The position numbers and the translations under genes are program-made. A stretch of 63,608 nt of DNA, counting the filler, from Dimorphilus gyrociliatus (lineage: Eukaryota; Animalia; Annelida), in NCBI GenBank assembly GCA_904063045.1. It is 4 parts of 4 records of this genome, joined end to end, with 100 filler letters (N's around TTAATTAATTAA, not from the genome) between each part and the next. Parts side by side here need not be neighbours in the genome. Positions count along the whole stretch, not along the records: positions 32,887 to 55,648 come from CAJFCJ010000254.1; positions 55,749 to 63,608 come from CAJFCJ010000111.1; 2 more parts are not named here. The stretch is one strand, 5' to 3'. The notes under the pieces were generated by a model that was given only the letters and a program-made list of their open reading frames with translations, was not told the origin of the DNA and did not search any database. Positions 49,001-59,410 of this stretch are shown one piece after another (positions within the stretch are counted from its first letter, which is position 1; every line of letters begins with the position of its first letter).

Positions 49001-51271
49001 TGTGTCTATATCCTACAATGCTCTATGTGTGGGTTAGCATATGTGGGTATGACTACAGATACTATCAAGTGTAGATGGGGTACCCATAATTTGGGCTTCA
49101 AAAACAAGATAGATAGACCACTATATAACCATATGGCAACACATGATATCAAGAAGTTCAAGATCTACATAGCTGCTGTAGCTCCTAAGGAACTCACAGA
49201 GAGCTCAGTAATAGTTTGGTTAATGAGAAAAGAAACTGAAATCATCAACCATTTGGATACACTGTTCCCACATGGTCTTAATAAACATGAAGGTTTTACC
49301 ACCAAGGAAATGGTACCACTCCTCATACCACAACACAATGGAGCCCAACTAATAGCTGAGAAAGTCAAGAGAACAATCCACCAGCTAGCCCCTAACAGTT
49401 CTCACTTCCAAATGTATAAGTCAATAACTGCCTTTAGGATCCCAACTACTACCAGACACTGCTTATCAATAAGAAAGTTGATGAGATGATGGAAAAACAC
49501 ATAGAAAAAATTCTACTCCAGAAAAGCCAAAGTGAACTCCAAGAACTGTAATGAATTTCAGCAGCTACAACAAGCTCTACAAGCTACAATGAACTCCAAA
49601 AGCTACAGTTAGCCACAATAAGGTCCAAGAGCTCCAAGGAGCTACAGTAGCTCAGTTGAGCTCCAATACCACAGGAGACCTTGAAGAGCTCAGTAGAGCT
49701 CCAAGAACTCAGTAGAGCTCCAAGAGCTCTAAGAGCTCAGTAGAGCTCCAAGAGCTCTAAGATCTCAGTAGAGCTCCAAGAGCTCTAAGAGCTCAGTAGA
49801 GCTCCAAGAACTCAATAGAGCTCCAAGAGCTCAAGTGAGCTTCAACAGTTCTTACAACTTAGTACTCAACACCTCTGACAGTACTCAACTATACCACTAT
49901 ATATACTGGTGCAGAACCTCAGTCATCCTCTTCACTTGACAGTGTTAACAAGTACTTCCTAAAGATGCCAGCTTCTAGATGCATGACAAATAAGTGCAAA
50001 CTTTGCCCAGCCCTAATACAGGGAGGGTCCTGGAGCTCCAGAGATGGCCGTATTACTAAAAAGATTGAGGAGACCTCAATTGTAATTCAGACCACTTGTT
50101 CTTCATTGCTGATTGCAAAAAGTGCAACTGGGCTATGGCTAGTTTCACCATATCTCCACTACATAGAATGTATGGATTTTCATTAAAAAAATCAAAAACA
50201 AGCAAAGACAATGTTGGAGCTCTGGCTCTTCATATGAGGACCTGCAACACTACCAACATAAGAATCCTTCCTATCATGGTCCAACCAGAGACAGAACACT
50301 TCCATGTCAAGAAAGTGAGTACATTGTTGCAATTACTATATAATGCTGACTGGGTAGAAATAGCTAAGTTTAAGAAAAGTAACCCAGACATTAGAGGGAC
50401 AAACCCGAATGAGTTCCCTTGTAGTACCAGACCAACAATAGTTAGTATCCAAGGGTTACCCTGGAGCTCTTGGAGAATTTTAATACACCTCTGCCTAAGG
50501 AGTTAGCTCATGAGCAATATGAGAACTCAGTTCTCTGTAACAATAAATACTCTTATGTGGGTCTGAGTAGACCCACATTGAATAACCTACGAAAAGATAA
50601 TCTAGACCTTAGGAACAAAGTGGTAGAGCTAGAAAGTACAATCAAAGCAAGCTCCAGTAAGCTGGAGGAAGCTAGTAATAAATTACAGGAAGCTAATAAT
50701 AAATTAGAGGAAGCCAATAAGAGAAACAGAGAGCTCCTACTGGAACTAGAGAAAACTGAACAAAGAACTCCAAATAGCAATGAATGGGACTGGTCAAAAG
50801 CTCTTCCTATTAAGGGAAGGGGCTTCATCAAGTTCTTCCCACTTCCAGAACAGGATACTGTGGAAAAATTCAAAATAGAGCCAGTGACAATTAACCTTGA
50901 GGATCTTGACTCCAACTCTACACCAGGAGCTCAACAAACTATAGACAGAGGAGCTCAACAAACTCCAGACAAAGAAATGGTCCCTACCAAGGAACAGACT
51001 GAGGAGGAAGAAGATGATGACAACTATGATGATATGGAAGATGGTGAGTATCAATATGAAAGCACTCCAAAAGAGAATAGCAATATTGGAATACAACAAA
51101 GACTCCTAATCAAAAGATCAGGTGATGAATTTGAAGTAGTACCTTCAAAGAAACAAAGAAAAATGTAGTTAGGTGGCGCTAGTGCAAGGGCAGCCATCTT
51201 GTTTTCATGTTTTTTATATATAAATTTTTTGTGGTGATGGTATAAATACTTATGTTTGTGTTCAGTTTAAC

Positions 51272-51316
51272 TTACAACCTGATGAAGCCTCAAGTAGAGG
51301 CGAAATATTGTTGTAA
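51272..51316 (+). ncRNA. PLE hammerhead ribozyme copy
   Basis: Same motif as 37722-37766. Confidence 0.85.
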
Positions 51317-51645
51317 TATGTTTTAAAGTTAAAATAAAAAGTTGATGAAAAAGAAAAAATTTAATTGTTATTGAATAAGACTAAGAGTTTGACAGAGCAC
51401 TGAAGCACCAAGGAGCTCAGACATAGAGAACTCCTACCTATTGGAAAATTGGTAGAACCCTGGAACACCAACTAACCAGTTCCCAAAACCTGACTAAGAC
51501 TGGGAGCCCAGATCTATAATCCTGACCAAGGAGAACCCCTACCTAACATTGAGTAAAAGTTAGGTATTACACTGGAACACTAGCTAACCAGTTCCCAAAA
51601 ACATTACCAGAGTTGTGTGAGTGGCCTAACCCATAACCCTTACCA

Positions 51646-51714
51646 AACCCTAACCCTAACCCTAACCCTAACCTAACCCTAACCCTAACCCTAACCCTAA
51701 CCCTAACCCTAACC
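51646..51714 (-). repeat. About 11 telomeric repeats at the proximal junction of the PLE array
   Basis: (CCCTAA)n on the + strand, between the element's 3' end and unique DNA. Confidence 0.95.
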
Positions 51715-53640
51715 AGTACTTTGGTGTGTTAATAATGAGCAGGAAGGAATAGGTGAGAATTTGAATATTTAAAATGTATTTGTTACTAGTCATGAACAAT
51801 TGAAAATAACTTCTTTGATTATACAAAAATTTTTTTGAAAAAACGAGGATTAATATTTAAATTTTTAACTCCTTTCTTTATTATAGTTCCAAAATCATTC
51901 ATATTTAATTTTTCACTTTCTGTAGACTTTCACAGTATGAGTTATGATATCTGTATCATATTACCAAGGGTGTGTTTTTGCTTTCTGGATGCTTTCTGGG
52001 TCTATTATTGATTAAAAGTCGTACACTCTGTGATATTTAGACTTTAGATATTATAGAATTTTAGAAAGGCTTTTATTTTGTAGCAATTATAATGGGGGAA
52101 TTATAGAATCACTTTTATGTCATACAAATTATAATTGTGGAGCTTTAGAAAGACTTTTAATTAGTAGAATTAGATTCTAGAACTTTAGAAACACCTTTAT
52201 TTTGCAGGAAATAGATTCTTTGACCATAACAGATGGTGCCATTATGGAATTAACAAACAATATAGATAAAATGCATATTAAACTTGTTACATCTTATTCA
52301 AAAACAGATGAGGAACAGGCAGGCTTGTTTTTGCACTGCCACATGTTAGCCATAAGTGATGTAATAGTTTTTTTTGTTTTTGTTATATGTGCATTATGAG
52401 ACTGTTACATTTCAACTTTGTAATCCTGTGCACTAAGATATAATGATATATGAATGCTTAGACTTTAGATATTAGGGTACCTTAGAAAGACTTCTATTTT
52501 ATAGGAATTAGAATGGTGCAACTATAGAAATACTACTATTTTGTATGAATTATAATGGTGGAACTTTTGAAAGACTTTTATTTTGTAGAGTTAACTTTAG
52601 CACTTTAAAAAGAAATGTGTCAAAGTTGTTTTTCTTAACTATTATCAGATGTTAATGGGACAGATGTGTTATGTGGCAACATGTGCTGACTATATAGCCT
52701 TTGTTTAGGGATTATGTTTTTGTGACATATGCAATCTTTTGATAAATTGAACCCAAGCTTTGGGAAATGTATAAAAGAAAATACATTTCACCAATTTGGC
52801 AGTTCAGTTCTTAACTGTTAACTGATTGTTTAAACTTATTTGTTTAGAACTAGAAACTCATTTACTCAATAGATATTCTTTAAATGAAATACTGGTATTT
52901 TGTTGAATTATTTCTACCGAAATTACATTTATTAAGACTATTTGTGGATGAACTTGAAAAGTTCTATTTGTTTGAGTACTTTGGTGCATTGATAAATGAT
53001 TGGAAAGGACGAGTACTGCTCTGAAGAAGCAGAAATTCCTACAATTATAATACAACAAAGTACAAATCCTTTGACCAAGTAAATCTAAGCTTTGGTAAAA
53101 ATCTTTTGTATAGTAAAAAATGGTAGAATTTGACTAGAATTAGTTTTTCAATTGAGTAAATATTTTACTTTTCCTTCCATTGATTGTTAACAATGGAAAA
53201 GGCAAGTAATAAGTTATTGATGACAGATATAAGATATGTTGATTTTTTCTCCAATGTGTTGAGCATGTTTTGTATCATATTTCCAAAATAAAAATTTATG
53301 GCTCTTGAAATTGTATAATGATTTTTCATAAATCATTCTGGTCAGGTAATAATGCAACAGTAGATATTATCCCTTTGTATTTATTAATGAATAAATACTG
53401 AACTTGCATGCAAAACTTTAAGTCTATAGATAGGAATATATCAAGTATTAAAATCTTTATTTCCTTCTTGTGTTTTTGGTTAGGATTTTTGAGTTGTGTT
53501 AGTTGTAATGAATCGACACTGATAAATCAAGTATAATTTTTTTATCTTTGTATGTGCCCAAACTCTTTTTCCATGCATTCCCAAAACTCTTGCCATCACC
53601 CTTAATTTCCCAATATCCTTCTATTTTATAACTATTGTAC

Positions 53641-54016
53641 TGCTCTTGCTTGGCAAAATCTATGCGCTTGAAAGTTATAACAATACTGGTTCTACTCGAA
53701 CCTTTAAACAAATGTTTAAATTAAAACGGTTTATTCGCAATAATAATACTTAAGCAAGTAACAATATGAGAGTTCAATAGCAGAGTTAGGTTAGGACTTG
53801 GGGTTAGGGTTAGGCCACACCCTAGGCAAGTTAATTAAATTATAACTTGACCAAACCTTTATTGGTAATTAAAGATGAGCCTTCAAGCTGACTAATGAAA
53901 CCTCTCTTTGGCCAATGTTATAGCATTTTCTTGCATAGATTTTTAAGATGTACATGTATAAGTTGCATAAAATAATAGAGTTCAAGCATGTTAAATATAA
54001 CCAATGTTGTACACAT
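53641..54016 (-). repeat. R1 copy whose internal ~290 bp is replaced by a telomere-like patch
   Basis: Its reverse complement matches 32154-32353 and 32640-32786, joined through TAGGTTAGGACTTGGGGTTAGGGTTA. Confidence 0.85.
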
Positions 54017-54641
54017 GTACTATGATATCTCAATTATATTCTGTAATTAATTGATGACTATTTTCTATAAAACTTTAAACAAACTACTTTAAAGGGGACA
54101 ACCAATTTTGACTGTTTATTGAAAGTTGGTCTTGCAAAATTTACTGTGTCCAATTTTTCCTGCCATTTCCTTTATGGTTTCTCTCTATATTCTGATGTTT
54201 AACTTGTTAACTGAAGCAATTCATTATTATTAAATATTAATAATTAAGAATGCTGTATGTTTTGAGAGTGTTTTCTGATCTTAAGTGAATGCTTTTTATC
54301 TCAACCCAAAAATACCATATATTCTACTTGCTGTGTTTAAATCAATACAAGAGAACAAAGAAAAGAAACACTCATTGATTAATATTCCATATGTATTCCT
54401 GTTGAAAGAATGTTTTTTATATTTCTGACATTTTAGAAATAAGGAACAAAAAATGAACTGAGGAAGCCCTATGAATTTTTCATAAATTGAATGAAGACAT
54501 ATTCAATCGAAAGATTGATTATTAATCTTTCTAAACAAAATTTTGAACTTTTATATTAATAATTCATAGAAATATTTCCTATATAACCACATAATGTTTT
54601 CTTATACATCTCAAATACGCTTTAGATTTTCCAAAAAAATA

Positions 54642-55530
54642 ATGAATATTTTAATTTTTCAATTAATAACAATATTTCTTTTGACAATAAGAAATAATGA
54701 TTGTGCAAGTAAAAATTATGATTTTTATATTTATTCATATTTCTCCTTATCTTTTATTAATATACAGTTTGCGATTTCTTTCATCAAGAAGATAAACAGT
54801 TAGCAACAAGCACATATGTTGTTATTTATAATATAGATGATAGAGGAGTAGACTATTGTAAAAAGTTATGCTATTATCTTGAACTTTGCAAGTATGTTTA
54901 TAGAAAGAGAGAGAGGGAGAGTAAAATCTACACATTTTTTCCACTTTAGGAGTTTCTATGTTGATAAACAGGATAACAACAAATGTTATCTTTCAACTGA
55001 CCATGCAGGATTAGGAGGAAGTCAGTTACCTCAAGTCATTGGTTATGATTATTATGAAAAACCAGATGTTTGTGGTAATTAAAAAGTGTTAGATTTTTTT
55101 GTAAAATAAAAGTATAAATAATTTCTTTTTCAGATACTCCACAATTTGGAGACACAAGTAAATAACTAAATGCAATAAAAGCAAAGTACATAAATATATT
55201 AATAACATTTCTTTGTTTTTGTCTGTCTCCTTCCCCTTTAAAGTTACCTATAAAAGTTATCCTGATCAGCTTGGCGGATTTACTTATCATACAGTTTTTA
55301 ATACAGGTGAAGCTGACTGCAAAAAACTTTGTAGCATGCTCAGTGATTGCAAGTTAGTTATAAAATATAATAAATGTCTTATAATTTTATCATTTCTTTT
55401 TTACAGTACAATTAGTATTGTAACTTCAAATCAGATATGTCACATTTTCAAAGCAACCTTTGATGAACTTACAGATCGTCGTCAATCAGTAGGGGATACT
55501 ACATTTTCAAAAATTGGGTGTAACAATTGA
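54642..55530 (+). CDS. Secreted protein with two PAN/apple-like domains; six exons
   Basis: Signal peptide MNILIFQLITIFLL; two CKKLC...C...KCY/IC modules; five short GT-AG introns splice in frame to the TGA at 55530. Confidence 0.75.
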
Positions 55531-55648
55531 ACCTTCATTGGATCCAGGTAAAGAATGTTTGTTTATTTTCAAACCCAAATCAATTAAATAGTTATCTTCA
55601 TTTAATCATTTAACATATAACAACATGCCACAACATTAAAACTGCATG

Positions 55649-55748
55649 NNNNNNNNNNNNNNNNNNNNNNNNNNNNNNNNNNNNNNNNNNNNTTAATTAA
55701 TTAANNNNNNNNNNNNNNNNNNNNNNNNNNNNNNNNNNNNNNNNNNNN
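55649..55748. other. Artificial spacer
   Basis: N44-TTAATTAATTAA-N44. Confidence 0.95.
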
Positions 55749-56486
55749 GGGCATCCTGTAACACATAGAAGTTGGACTAAAATACTTGTTATAGTAGAAG
55801 GACTATACTCTATGGAAGGAACGCTTTGTAACATTCCAAAGCTAATTGAACTCAAAAGAAAGTATAAATTCTATATTTTCTTAGATGAAGCACATTCAAT
55901 TGGTGCATTAGGAGATAATGGAAGAGGAGTAGTAGAACTATTTAATCAAGATTTTTCTATGGTTGATGTTTTTATGGGAACTTTTACAAAAAGTTTTGGT
56001 GGCTCCGGTGGTTATATAGCAGGAAAGAAGAACTTTATAGACTTTCTTAGGTTTTATTCAGACTTTTCTTTATTTGGAGAACAATTATCACCTGTTATTT
56101 CTGCACATGTTTTAGATGCTCTTAGAGTCATGCAAAGAAGACCACAAATACGGAAAAGGTTGAAAGAAAATGTTCAATACTTTAGAAAATCTTTAATTGA
56201 CAACGGATTTGTTGTGTTCGGTCAGGATGGCTCCCCTATAATTCCTGTTTTGATATATAATCCTGGAAAGATAAGTGAGTTCTCAAGAATGTGTATGGAA
56301 AGAGGGCTTGCTATTGTAGTAGTTGGTTATCCAGCAACGCCTGTTATAAGCTCAAGAGCAAGAGTTTGTATATCATCGAGACATACAATGGAAGAGATAA
56401 AATATGCTATAGAAGTCATTAAAGAAGTAGGATTCTTACTTGGAATGAATGTATTAAAACCTAAAAATGAATTAACTCTTAAATAA
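55749..56486 (+). CDS. LCB2: Serine palmitoyltransferase subunit 2, 5'-partial (microsporidian-like contig)
   Basis: KILVIVEGLYSMEG, DEAHSIG and GTFTKSFG (PLP lysine); intronless. Confidence 0.92.
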   Translation, partial: GHPVTHRSWTKILVIVEGLYSMEGTLCNIPKLIELKRKYKFYIFLDEAHSIGALGDNGRGVVELFNQDFSMVDVFMGTFTKSFGGSGGYIAGKKNFIDFLRFYSDFSLFGEQLSPVISAHVLDALRVMQRRPQIRKRLKENVQYFRKSLIDNGFVVFGQDGSPIIPVLIYNPGKISEFSRMCMERGLAIVVVGYPATPVISSRARVCISSRHTMEEIKYAIEVIKEVGFLLGMNVLKPKNELTLK

Positions 56487-56643
56487 AATGGTTTATTTGA
56501 ATTTTAAACATTATTATATTACAAAATAAGTAAATAAAAAATAATACAAAGATTGTTGAATGCTATTTTCTGTAGTAAGTTCGATAATTATTTAATTTTC
56601 TCATAATAGTAATTTTTTTATTTTTAAACCCCTCAAACATAAT

Positions 56644-57960
56644 ATGGAAGAAAAAATTATGAATGACCAACCAACATTAAACATAGGAACGATTGGACAT
56701 GTAGCACATGGAAAGTCTACATTAGTCAGTGCGATAACCAAAGTCAAAACAATTAAATTTAGATCAGAACTTGAAAGAAATATCACAATTAAATTAGGAT
56801 ATGCAAATGCAAAAATTTATAAGTGTAATAAATGCCCAAGACCCCAATGTTACCAGGCCTTTAATAGTACCTCACCTAAAACCATGGAATGTAAGTGTTT
56901 AGGAACTCTAACTCTGGTTAAACATGTTTCATTCGTTGACTGTCCAGGACACGATGTTTTAATGGCTACCATGTTGAATGGTACTGCTATTATGGATGCA
57001 GCCATCCTTTTAATTGCTGCTAATGAGCCTTGTCCTCAACCTCAAACACAAGAGCACTTGTTTGCTGTAGAAATTATGCAGTTAAACAGATTTATCATTA
57101 TTCAGAATAAAATAGACCTTGTTACAAGAGAGCAGGCCTTGGAACAATATGATTCTATCCAAGAGTTTCTTCAGACTACTACTGCCAATAAAAGTCCAGT
57201 TGTACCAACTTCTAGTCAACTTGGTGTAAATATTTCAGCGGTTTTAGATTTTATAGTAAATTATATTCCAACGCCTGTTAGGTCACTTAAAGAAAGACTT
57301 AAAATGGTTATAATTAGATCTTTTGATACCAATAAACCAGGTACTCCAATTTCTGAGATAAAAGGTGGTGTTATTGGAGGCTCTTTAGTATCAGGAAAGC
57401 TTAATTTAGGAGATAAAATAGAAATAAGACCCGGATTTATTTACAAAACAAAAGAGAGAATAATTTGTAAGCCATATGTTACTGTTGTATGCCAACTTAA
57501 ATCTGAGAATAATAAATTAGAAGAAGCTTACCCAGGAGGGTTAATTGGTGTAGAAACACAGCTTGATCCTTCATTATGTAAATCTAATAAGTTAGTAGGT
57601 CAGGTAATGGGAAAGTTTGGAGAACTACCACACATTTATTCTGCAGTTATAATAGACTTTACACTATTTCAGAAAATTGTTGTTCAAAGTAAGGAATGTA
57701 TTGTAGAGCCTCTTAAGTTGAAAGAAAAATTATTTTTGAATATAGGAAGTGCTAATACAGGAGCAATCATAACAAGTTTAGAAGGAAGTCGTGTTAATTT
57801 CAAACTTTTCTATCCAGCATGTTGTGATAAAAATGAAAGAATAGCTATTAGTAGAAAACTTGGAGGGAATTGGAGATTAATAGGTTATGGTACGGTGTTT
57901 GATGGGAAACCAATCATTCCAGATTATAATTATGTCATAAGTGAGACTCCAGAGAAATAA
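56644..57960 (+). CDS. EIF2S3: Translation initiation factor eIF2 gamma (microsporidian-like)
   Basis: NIGTIGHVAHGKST, DCPGHDVLMATMLNG and QNKIDL; short N-terminus, intronless, CCCC motif upstream of the ATG. Confidence 0.97.
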   Translation: MEEKIMNDQPTLNIGTIGHVAHGKSTLVSAITKVKTIKFRSELERNITIKLGYANAKIYKCNKCPRPQCYQAFNSTSPKTMECKCLGTLTLVKHVSFVDCPGHDVLMATMLNGTAIMDAAILLIAANEPCPQPQTQEHLFAVEIMQLNRFIIIQNKIDLVTREQALEQYDSIQEFLQTTTANKSPVVPTSSQLGVNISAVLDFIVNYIPTPVRSLKERLKMVIIRSFDTNKPGTPISEIKGGVIGGSLVSGKLNLGDKIEIRPGFIYKTKERIICKPYVTVVCQLKSENNKLEEAYPGGLIGVETQLDPSLCKSNKLVGQVMGKFGELPHIYSAVIIDFTLFQKIVVQSKECIVEPLKLKEKLFLNIGSANTGAIITSLEGSRVNFKLFYPACCDKNERIAISRKLGGNWRLIGYGTVFDGKPIIPDYNYVISETPEK

Positions 57961-58163
57961 ATAATTTATTAAGAAATAGTTTTTATTCTTATAAAGGTTT
58001 ACTAATCATGACGTAATTTTTATTTACTACACTACAAATTTGAGTATAATTTAAGATAAACAAAAAAATAATTCACAAAATTGATCTTTGGTAAAAAGCC
58101 TTTAAACAAGCTTATTACAAAGTTTTGAGTGATTATTAAAAAAAAGGAAATTCTATCAATTTA

Positions 58164-59069
58164 CTAAAACTTAAATACTAATTTTTGATCAAAAGTGGAA
58201 AAATAATTCTCCTCCCTATCCTCCCCCTCGGAAAATACAGGTACTTGCTCACCTGGAATTATTGGTGGTCTTATTTCATTCCTTTTGTATCTTGTAAACC
58301 AGCTTGTAGTGGTAAAAATTGGCATATTTTTAAGTTTCTTGATATCTGTTAAGCGTTTTTCAGGTTGTTTAATTAATAGCCCTTCAACGACTTTTTTAAT
58401 TCTCCTGTCACAATTAATCTTCACTTCTTTGTATAGAATTTGGTGATATAGGAAAGGGATTTCTCCTACGAATGGATATTCTCTCTTTGTCATAAAGTAA
58501 AGAAGCACTCCTAAACACCAAAAGTCAATTTCAAAGCCAAAAGGTCTTTTTAGAATTTTCTCAGGTGCTAAATATTCAGGAGTCCCAGCAGAGTTCTGAC
58601 AGTTTCCATTGAAAAAAGTAGCAAATCCAAAATCAGTTATTTTAATATGACCTTTACTAGTCAAAATTATATTTTCTGGCTTCAAGTCACAAAATATTAT
58701 ATTTTTACTGTGAAGATTTTCAAGTGCTAATAAAATTTCCCCAAAATAAAAAGTTATCATTTCTGTAGAAAAAGAATATCTAGAAACCCAGAAAAAGAGT
58801 TCTGCACCTTTCACGTATTCCATTATCATATATAACTTAGACTTAGTCTCAAGAACATCGAATAATTTTGTAATATATTTACAGTGTCTCATTGATCTCA
58901 TAGTGTCTATTTCATTCCTAAAGTTATTACACTGCCTTAGAAAGACCATCTGCTCGCGTGATAGCACTTTTATAGCATATTTTTTATCTCTATAAACAGT
59001 TGAATATACTCTACCAAACGAACCAGATGCTATAAACTGTTTATTCTTAAAATCAGATAACTTGAACAT
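58164..59069 (-). CDS. AGC-family (PKA-like) Ser/Thr kinase
   Basis: ASGSFGRV, CDLKPEN, DFG and GTPEYLAPE; CCC immediately before the ATG. Confidence 0.9.
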   Translation of the reverse strand: MFKLSDFKNKQFIASGSFGRVYSTVYRDKKYAIKVLSREQMVFLRQCNNFRNEIDTMRSMRHCKYITKLFDVLETKSKLYMIMEYVKGAELFFWVSRYSFSTEMITFYFGEILLALENLHSKNIIFCDLKPENIILTSKGHIKITDFGFATFFNGNCQNSAGTPEYLAPEKILKRPFGFEIDFWCLGVLLYFMTKREYPFVGEIPFLYHQILYKEVKINCDRRIKKVVEGLLIKQPEKRLTDIKKLKNMPIFTTTSWFTRYKRNEIRPPIIPGEQVPVFSEGEDREENYFSTFDQKLVFKF

Positions 59070-59410
59070 AGGGTTATGTTTTAATTGGAATTGGTGTTTT
59101 TATAGTAAATTTTATTAGATATTATGATTTAAGATAATACAACTGAACTTCTGTAAACTTACTTTCTATATGTATTTTATGAAATTGATTTTTTAGAGCT
59201 TACAAAATTTTTTTATTTCAAATTAATTGAGTCAGAATTTTTTTTTCTTAGAAAATGTTTTAAATTGTAATTTTTATAAAAATTTGAAATTAAACAGAAA
59301 TTTGTAATTTTAAAAATAAGAGTTTTTTTTGAGTTAATGAGTTCAATTCTTTTGAATCAACTTTTTTTACAAATACGTACAAAGTTTCCCAATTTGATTT
59401 TATAAATTAA

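Larger units (their letters stand above)
43308..51655 (+). mobile_element. Second segment of the same PLE array (~1.6 units), with many single-base indels
   Basis: Reverse complement of the first array: RT 43308-44325 and 47288-49551, ORF3 44739-45938 and 49965-51168, ORF1 46445-47217. Confidence 0.95.
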
